A stretch of DNA of 64,000 bases. It comes from Acidobacteriota bacterium. GTDB lineage: Bacteria > Acidobacteriota > UBA4820 > DSQY01. The DNA lies in contig JBMFSH010000013.1 in NCBI GenBank assembly GCA_049967655.1, positions 9,661 through 73,660 on the forward strand, in the 5' to 3' direction. Numbering within the stretch: position 1 is the first letter of the stretch; each line of letters starts with the position of its first letter. The position numbers and the translations under genes are program-made. This document shows positions 58,699-64,000 of this stretch, in pieces. The notes below the pieces were generated by a model, which was not told where the DNA came from, made no database searches, and saw nothing but the letters and a program-made list of their open reading frames with translations.

Positions 58699-59394
58699 AT
58701 GTTCGAGCATATCCTCGTGGCGACGGACCTGTCGGCGGCATCCGAAACGGTCTGTCGGAATCTTCAGGGGCTGAAGAAACTGGGTGCGCGCCGGGTCCTT
58801 CTGGTGCACGCGCTGGACATCAGGCACATGGAGGTCATGAAGTATGAGCTTGCGCCCATGGTTGAGCCACGGCTTCTCCAGCTCAAGCGAATCGTGGAGG
58901 AACAGGGATTCGAAGTGGAGACCCAAATCCGGTCGAAGTCGCCCGCGTGGGAGGTGAATCTGGCGGCCCGCGAGCAAGAGGCTTTGCGGACGCTGAAAAC
59001 GGCCAAGACCTTCGCGCTCCTAGGCGCGAGCGGGGAGCCCGGCAAGTACGGGTACAAGGTCTTCTCGATTCTGAGGGACCGGTACAGGCTCCTGCCCGTG
59101 AACCCTAAGCGTTCGGAGATCGAGGGAACGCCGTGCTACGCCTCGTACGCCGACCTTCCCGAGAGGCCCGACGCGGTGATCCTGGCCCTCGCTCCGGCGG
59201 TCACCGAAGCCCTCGTGCCGAAGCTGATCGAGGCGGGCGCGCCCCTTCTCTGGCTCCCCCCGGAGTGCTTCACGGAGGCGGCCGTAGACGCCTGCGAAAA
59301 GTCGGGGATCCCGGTGATCCACGACGTCTGCCCCGTGGCCGCGCTCGCCACGCTGGACCGGCTCTATCCCAGCGGCGGGCGAAAGGGTCCCTAG
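58699..59394 (+). CDS. Truncated universal-stress domain fused to a CoA-binding (YccU-like) domain
   Basis: MFEHILVATDLS...LLVH USP start, then ALLGAS..PGKYG...PVNP...CP. Confidence 0.8.
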   Translation: MFEHILVATDLSAASETVCRNLQGLKKLGARRVLLVHALDIRHMEVMKYELAPMVEPRLLQLKRIVEEQGFEVETQIRSKSPAWEVNLAAREQEALRTLKTAKTFALLGASGEPGKYGYKVFSILRDRYRLLPVNPKRSEIEGTPCYASYADLPERPDAVILALAPAVTEALVPKLIEAGAPLLWLPPECFTEAAVDACEKSGIPVIHDVCPVAALATLDRLYPSGGRKGP

Positions 59395-59450
59395 AAGCTT
59401 CCGGTTTCTCAACCCGGGCTCCCGTCAAGGGCGCGCCCCGCGCTCCCTAC

Positions 59451-59497
59451 TTGACGAGGGCCCTTCTCCGGCATATACTTCAATTTCTGTTGAAGTA
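59451..59497 (+). promoter_or_regulatory. arsR2 promoter/operator
   Basis: TTGACG-17-TATACT; palindrome TACTTCAA-N6-TTGAAGTA (59476-59497). Confidence 0.8.
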
Positions 59498-59521
59498 GTG
59501 TGAGGCCAAGGAGGCAAACGC

Positions 59522-59944
59522 ATGATCAAGATGGCAGAGAGAAGGAGAATTCCCCAGGCGAGCCAAGACGCCTCTCTGCCCCCGCTGGCCGCCCCTCTTC
59601 GACTCCTGGCGGACCCGACGCGCCTTCGCATCCTCGAGTGCCTCATGGGCGGCCTCCAGTGCAACTGCACCATCAAGGAGAGCCTCGGCCTGCCCATGAA
59701 CCTCATCTCCCACCACCTCAAGCTCCTGAAGGAGGCCGGCCTCGTCAGGGCAGAGCGGGACCCCTCCGATGCCCGGTGGATCTACTACGAAATCGACCCT
59801 CAGGCGATGGGCGCGCTCCGCGACTCCCTCTTCGCGGCGCTCGACCCTTCGCGCCTCAGGCCCCGCGCGGACCACTGCGGCCCTCCGGGCTGCTGCCCTT
59901 CCGCAAAACCCCGAAAGGGAACTTCTATGAGGAGAACCCGATGA
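59522..59944 (+). CDS. arsR: Second ArsR-family repressor
   Basis: LADPTRLRIL, QCNC, ISHHL and RWIYY motifs; C-terminal HCGPPGCC. Confidence 0.9.
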   Translation: MIKMAERRRIPQASQDASLPPLAAPLRLLADPTRLRILECLMGGLQCNCTIKESLGLPMNLISHHLKLLKEAGLVRAERDPSDARWIYYEIDPQAMGALRDSLFAALDPSRLRPRADHCGPPGCCPSAKPRKGTSMRRTR

Positions 59945-60360
59945 ACGGACCGCTCTCAGCCACTCGTCCCAATGCTTCCTCTCCGCTTCGGATCGACATC
60001 TACGATCCCCCCATGTGCTGCTCCACGGGCCTGTGCGGCCCCGTGCTCGACCCCGTCCTCGTGGCGGTGAACGACGCGCTCCTGGCCCTGACCAAGCAGG
60101 GCGTGGCCATCGCGCGCTACAACCCAGTCCAGCAGCTCAAGGAGGTCATGGCCAACCCGGAGGTCGCCAAAGCGATCCACCGCCAAGGCAAGAAGGCACT
60201 GCCGATGATCTTCGCGAACGGCCGCCTCCTGAAGAGTGGAAGCTACCCGAGCTATGAAGAATTCTGCGCCGCGCTGGGCTTGCAACCCCTCCCCAAGGCC
60301 CGGCCGCTGACCGTGCTCACGGCCGCCGCCCCCAGTAACCCCGCTCATACCAAGGAGTGA
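59941..60360 (+). CDS. arsD: Arsenite metallochaperone
   Basis: IYDPPMCCSTGLCGP, RYN and G.YP motifs. Confidence 0.93.
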   Translation: MNGPLSATRPNASSPLRIDIYDPPMCCSTGLCGPVLDPVLVAVNDALLALTKQGVAIARYNPVQQLKEVMANPEVAKAIHRQGKKALPMIFANGRLLKSGSYPSYEEFCAALGLQPLPKARPLTVLTAAAPSNPAHTKE

Positions 60361-60364
60361 TGCC

Positions 60365-60655
60365 ATGGTGACCATGACCCCAACCGCCGCCGAGCAGTTT
60401 GGATCCTTCCTGAAAAGTTCTGGAATCCAGGACGGCGCCGTCCGCCTCTTTCTCACGGGCGGCGGCTGCTGCGGGCCCGGCTTTGCCGTCGACGTGGTCC
60501 CCCTCGCCGAGGCCGGAGAGGACGTGCCCGTGGTGCAGGACGGAACCACCCTGTACGTCCAGAAAGAGGCGGCGGAGCTTCTGGAGAACGTGGTGATTGA
60601 TTTCGACCAGACCTTCCTCCTGCGCGGCCTTCAATCATCGGGCTGCTGCGGCTGA
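60365..60655 (+). CDS. HesB/IscA-like small protein
   Basis: MT..AA...VRLFLTGGGCCGP...ID; C-terminal GCCG. Confidence 0.8.
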   Translation: MVTMTPTAAEQFGSFLKSSGIQDGAVRLFLTGGGCCGPGFAVDVVPLAEAGEDVPVVQDGTTLYVQKEAAELLENVVIDFDQTFLLRGLQSSGCCG

Positions 60656-60677
60656 CCCATCACACAAGGAGAACCTC

Positions 60678-62543
60678 ATGCGAATCTTCTTTTCAGGAAA
60701 GGGCGGGGTGGGCAAGACCACCATGGCCTGCGCCACGGCCCTCCACCATGCCCGCAAGGGCAAGAAGACCCTGCTCGTCTCGACGGATCCGGCTTCGAAC
60801 ATCGCCGACGTTCTGGAACAGCCCATCGGCTACGGCGTGGTGCCCGTTGAGGGCGCGCCGAATCTCTGGGCCACGGAAATCGACCCGGACGAAGCCGTCA
60901 AGGAATACAAGGCGCGGGTGCTCGATCCGTACCGCGCCATCATGCCCGAGGACATCCTCGCCTCCCTGGAGGAACAGCTCTCCGGCCCTTGTACGGTGGA
61001 GGTCGCGGCCTTCGACCGGTTCATTGACTTCATGGACGCCGGCGATTACGACGTGGTGGTCTTCGACACGGCCCCCACGGGCCACACCCTGCGCCTGCTG
61101 GCCCTGTCGGTGGACTGGTCCAAGTACATCGAAGCGGCGGCCCAGGGGTCGGGCCAGACGTGCCTGGGGCCCGTGCAGACCATCCAGGGGGCCAAGGCCA
61201 AGTACGACCAGGCCACGGCTCTGCTGAAGGATCCCTCCGAGACCCAGTTCGTCTTCGTCATGCGTCCTCAGGCCCTTTCGGTCTACGAGACACTGAGGGC
61301 CGCGAAGGAACTCAGCGGCCAGGAGATTCGTCCCGCCCGCCTCATCGCCAACGGCATCCTGCCGCCCGAGGCGGGCGACGGCCCGGAGGTGGACCGGAAA
61401 CGGGCCGAGCAGGCGGCGCAGGTGGCCGAGGCGGAGCGCGGCCTGGGACTGACGGCCGTGCCCATCCGCCTGCGCCCAGAGGAGGTCAAGGGCATTTCCG
61501 CCCTGAGAGCCGTGGCCCAGGAGTTGTACGACGGCACATACCCCGCGCTCTTCGCCAACGACGGGCGGCCCGCGCCGGAGGTCGCCGTTCCTTCGCCGGA
61601 CCTCGAGACCCTCCTGCGCCCATCGCCGGGCCGGACCAAGGCCTTCTTCTTCACGGGCAAGGGGGGCGTGGGCAAGACGACCGTCTCGTGCGTGACGGCC
61701 CTCCACCTCGCCGGCCTGGGCCACAGGACGCTGCTGGTGACCACCGATCCGGCGGCCCACCTGGGCCGCGTCCTGGACAGGCCCGTGGGCGCCGAGCCCA
61801 GCTTCGTGGCCCCCAACCTGATGGCGGTGCACATCGACCAGGTGAAGGCCTTCGAGGAGTACAAGGCGCGCGTGCTGGAGGAGGCGGCCAAGACGGCCTC
61901 CGAGGAGATGCTAAAGGCCACTGCAGAAGAGCTGGACTCGCCCTGCACCGAGGAGATGGCCGCCTTCGACAAGTTCGCCCGCTACTTCGAAAACGAGTCC
62001 TACGACTTCATCGTGCTGGACACGGCCCCCACGGGACACACCCTGCGGCTCCTCGACCTGCCCTTTCAGTACGCCCAGCAGACCGCCCTGGCCGCCGCCG
62101 AGGCCAAGGGGGACGGGGCCGTCCAGCGCGCCGCCGACGCCCGCTTCCAGAAGCTCATCGCCCGGCTGAAGGATCCGTCCCTGACGGCCTTCGCCTTCGT
62201 CTTCTACCCCGAGGCCACGCCCATCCTCGAATCGCACCGCGCCTTCCTCGACCTCAAGGCCGCCGGGATCCACGCGCAGTTCCTCGTGGCGAACATGGTG
62301 CTCTCTCCGGAGCAGGCCTCGAACGCCTTCCTCCAGCGCCGCCGCGCCATGCAGCAGCGCTACCTCGAGGAGGCCTGCCGCCGCTTCGGTTTGCCGGTGC
62401 TGGTGTTGCCCATGGTGGAGAGGGAGCCTAAGGGTCTCGCCGCGCTCACCGAACTGGGCCAGACCCTCGTGGCGGAGGGAGGTCGGCGGGAGCAACCCGA
62501 GGAGTTCGGAAAAGCCGCCGATCTCCGGGAAGCTTTGCACTGA
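60678..62543 (+). CDS. arsA: Arsenite-stimulated ATPase
   Basis: Two GKGGVGKTT and two DTAPTGH motifs; metalloid cysteines SGPCT, TCLGP and SPCTEE. Confidence 0.96.
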   Translation: MRIFFSGKGGVGKTTMACATALHHARKGKKTLLVSTDPASNIADVLEQPIGYGVVPVEGAPNLWATEIDPDEAVKEYKARVLDPYRAIMPEDILASLEEQLSGPCTVEVAAFDRFIDFMDAGDYDVVVFDTAPTGHTLRLLALSVDWSKYIEAAAQGSGQTCLGPVQTIQGAKAKYDQATALLKDPSETQFVFVMRPQALSVYETLRAAKELSGQEIRPARLIANGILPPEAGDGPEVDRKRAEQAAQVAEAERGLGLTAVPIRLRPEEVKGISALRAVAQELYDGTYPALFANDGRPAPEVAVPSPDLETLLRPSPGRTKAFFFTGKGGVGKTTVSCVTALHLAGLGHRTLLVTTDPAAHLGRVLDRPVGAEPSFVAPNLMAVHIDQVKAFEEYKARVLEEAAKTASEEMLKATAEELDSPCTEEMAAFDKFARYFENESYDFIVLDTAPTGHTLRLLDLPFQYAQQTALAAAEAKGDGAVQRAADARFQKLIARLKDPSLTAFAFVFYPEATPILESHRAFLDLKAAGIHAQFLVANMVLSPEQASNAFLQRRRAMQQRYLEEACRRFGLPVLVLPMVEREPKGLAALTELGQTLVAEGGRREQPEEFGKAADLREALH

Positions 62544-62555
62544 AAGGAAGACACC

Positions 62556-62981
62556 GTGGAGAAGAAGCGCGTCCTCGTGCTGTGCACCGGCAACTCCTGC
62601 CGGTCCCAAATGGCTGAAGGATGGCTGCGCCACGATCTCGGTGAGCAGGTCGAGGTCTACTCGGCGGGCACGCAGCCGTCGCGCGTCCACCCTCTCGCCA
62701 TCGCCGTGATGGCCGAGGCCGGGGTGGACATCTCCGCGCAGCGGAGCAAGTCCCTGCAAGAGTTCTGGGGCCAGCCCTTCGATCTGGTGGTCACCGTCTG
62801 CGACTCGGCCAAGGAGGCCTGCCCCAGCTTCCGCGGCGCGGCGCGGCAGGTTCACCAATCCTTCCCCGACCCGGCGGGACTGCAAGGCTCTGAAGAGGAG
62901 ATGTGGGATGAGTTCCGCCGCGTGCGGGACCAGATCAGGAAGAATCTGGTGCCTCTCATCAGGCGCGAACTGTCGGTCTAG
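62556..62981 (+). CDS. arsC: Thioredoxin-coupled (LMW-PTP fold) arsenate reductase
   Basis: CTGNSCRSQMAE, TVCD...ACP and DP motifs. Confidence 0.94.
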   Translation: MEKKRVLVLCTGNSCRSQMAEGWLRHDLGEQVEVYSAGTQPSRVHPLAIAVMAEAGVDISAQRSKSLQEFWGQPFDLVVTVCDSAKEACPSFRGAARQVHQSFPDPAGLQGSEEEMWDEFRRVRDQIRKNLVPLIRRELSV

Positions 62982-63002
62982 GAAGAAAACAAGGAGTGAG
63001 TC

Positions 63003-63830
63003 ATGGACGGTGGGACGATCAAGAAATCCGTGAGAGAGCACTACGCGGCCATTGCCAGGAGCGGCTCCTCGTGCTGCGGCCCCTCGGCGGGTGGGTGCTG
63101 CGCGCCTGGGGGCGCGCAGGGCCTCAGCCTCGCCGTAGGCTACTCGGAGGAGGAGATGGCCGCCGTGCCCGACGGCGCCAACCTCGGCCTCGGCTGCGGC
63201 AACCCGCTGGCCCACGCTGAACTTAAAGAGGGTGACGTTGTCGTGGACCTTGGCTCCGGTGCCGGCTTCGACTGCTTCCTCGCCGCCCGGAAGGTGGGAG
63301 CCAGAGGCCGCGTGATCGGCGTGGACATGACGCCGGACATGATCGAGAAGGCGCGTGCCAACGCCGCCAAGACCGGCGTCGCGAACGTAGAGTTCCGCCT
63401 GGGGGAGATCGAGCACCTGCCCGTCGCCGACAACGCCGCCGACATGGTGATCTCCAACTGCGTCATCAACCTCTCTACGGACAAGCCGCAGGTCTTCCGC
63501 GAAGCCCTGCGCGTGCTGAGGCCCGGCGGAAAGCTCATGGTGTCTGACCTTGTCCTGACGCGTCCCCTCCCCGAGAGCGTGCGGGAGTCCGTTGAAGCCT
63601 ATGCCGGATGCATCTCCGGGGCCATGCTGAAGGTGGACTACCTCGAAGCCATCCGGGAGGCGGGGTTCAACGAGGTGCGAATCGTGGGCGAGAGCCACTA
63701 CCTCATCGGCTCCATCAACCCCGACACCTCCGAGCTGGCCGCCCTGGGGGAGGCCCTTCCCACCGAAGACGTGGCCGCGGCCGCCGAATCGGTGGTGAGC
63801 GTGAAGGTCAGGGCCGTGAAGGGGCCGTAG
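63003..63830 (+). CDS. arsM: Arsenite S-adenosylmethionine methyltransferase
   Basis: N-terminal CC pairs; LGLGCGNP, DLGSGAGFD, ISNCVINL and GCISGA motifs. Confidence 0.95.
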   Translation: MDGGTIKKSVREHYAAIARSGSSCCGPSAGGCCAPGGAQGLSLAVGYSEEEMAAVPDGANLGLGCGNPLAHAELKEGDVVVDLGSGAGFDCFLAARKVGARGRVIGVDMTPDMIEKARANAAKTGVANVEFRLGEIEHLPVADNAADMVISNCVINLSTDKPQVFREALRVLRPGGKLMVSDLVLTRPLPESVRESVEAYAGCISGAMLKVDYLEAIREAGFNEVRIVGESHYLIGSINPDTSELAALGEALPTEDVAAAAESVVSVKVRAVKGP

Positions 63831-63890
63831 AGTCGGGCGGCTCCAATCCCCTCCGGATCGGGACACCATGGCTGCGTATCTGGCCGGGGG

Positions 63891-64000
63891 CCCCAATCCC
63901 GGGATGGAGGAGGGGAATAGCCGTGGAAGGCTGGACAGATCACGCACGCTGGGAAAGGGTGTCACACCCACTGAGGGATTGGGGGCCATCGAGCCGAAGG
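63891..64000 (+). mobile_element. MITE-like element, copy 3 (runs off the window)
   Basis: CCCCAATCCCGGGATGGAGGAGGGGAATAGCCGTGGAAGG... matches copy 1. Confidence 0.85.

Noticed and set aside
148..63989. Many long Pro/Arg/Gly-rich opposite-strand and off-frame ORFs
   Set aside because: Expected in high-GC DNA; they carry no motifs and overlap well-supported genes.
24628..64000. CRISPR array or riboswitch explanation for the dispersed repeats
   Set aside because: No regular repeat-spacer array or cas genes. Defined ends, TIRs and TSDs fit a MITE, and I recognised no riboswitch consensus.

Overview
GC-rich chromosomal DNA from a diderm bacterium (waaA and TolC present; plausibly Acidobacteriota, which is my inference). 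The left half is mostly housekeeping: the dcw cluster (mraZ to murC, minus strand, with MraZ boxes), lipA, mscS, tRNA-fMet, a triheme cytochrome c, an SPFH/zinc-ribbon gene, secA, an M23 peptidase, RNase P RNA, waaA and peptide ABC permeases. A non-coding gap at 33.3-33.8 kb holds a cluster of DnaA-box-like 9-mers plus an IHF consensus (candidate oriC or datA-like site). The right half has a TetR-HlyD-ABC-TolC efflux operon, a 2-hydroxyacyl-CoA dehydratase with activator, an exported PepF, a MarR-wrbA-VOC operon, uppP and a large arsenic-resistance cluster (arsR, acr3, arsR, arsD, arsA, arsC, arsM). The most striking unexplained locus is 49955-54156: a phosphatase, a membrane zinc-ribbon protein, a membrane protein ending in CACACACAGCACACAGGGR, and a PqqD/RRE-radical SAM-SPASM enzyme. 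It looks like a RiPP-type modification system whose substrate is the tail of a membrane protein. Also seen: a ~262-bp MITE family with target-site duplications, an orphan sigma54 promoter driving a probable sRNA, and several deletion remnants. All calls come from reading motifs; no database searches were run.
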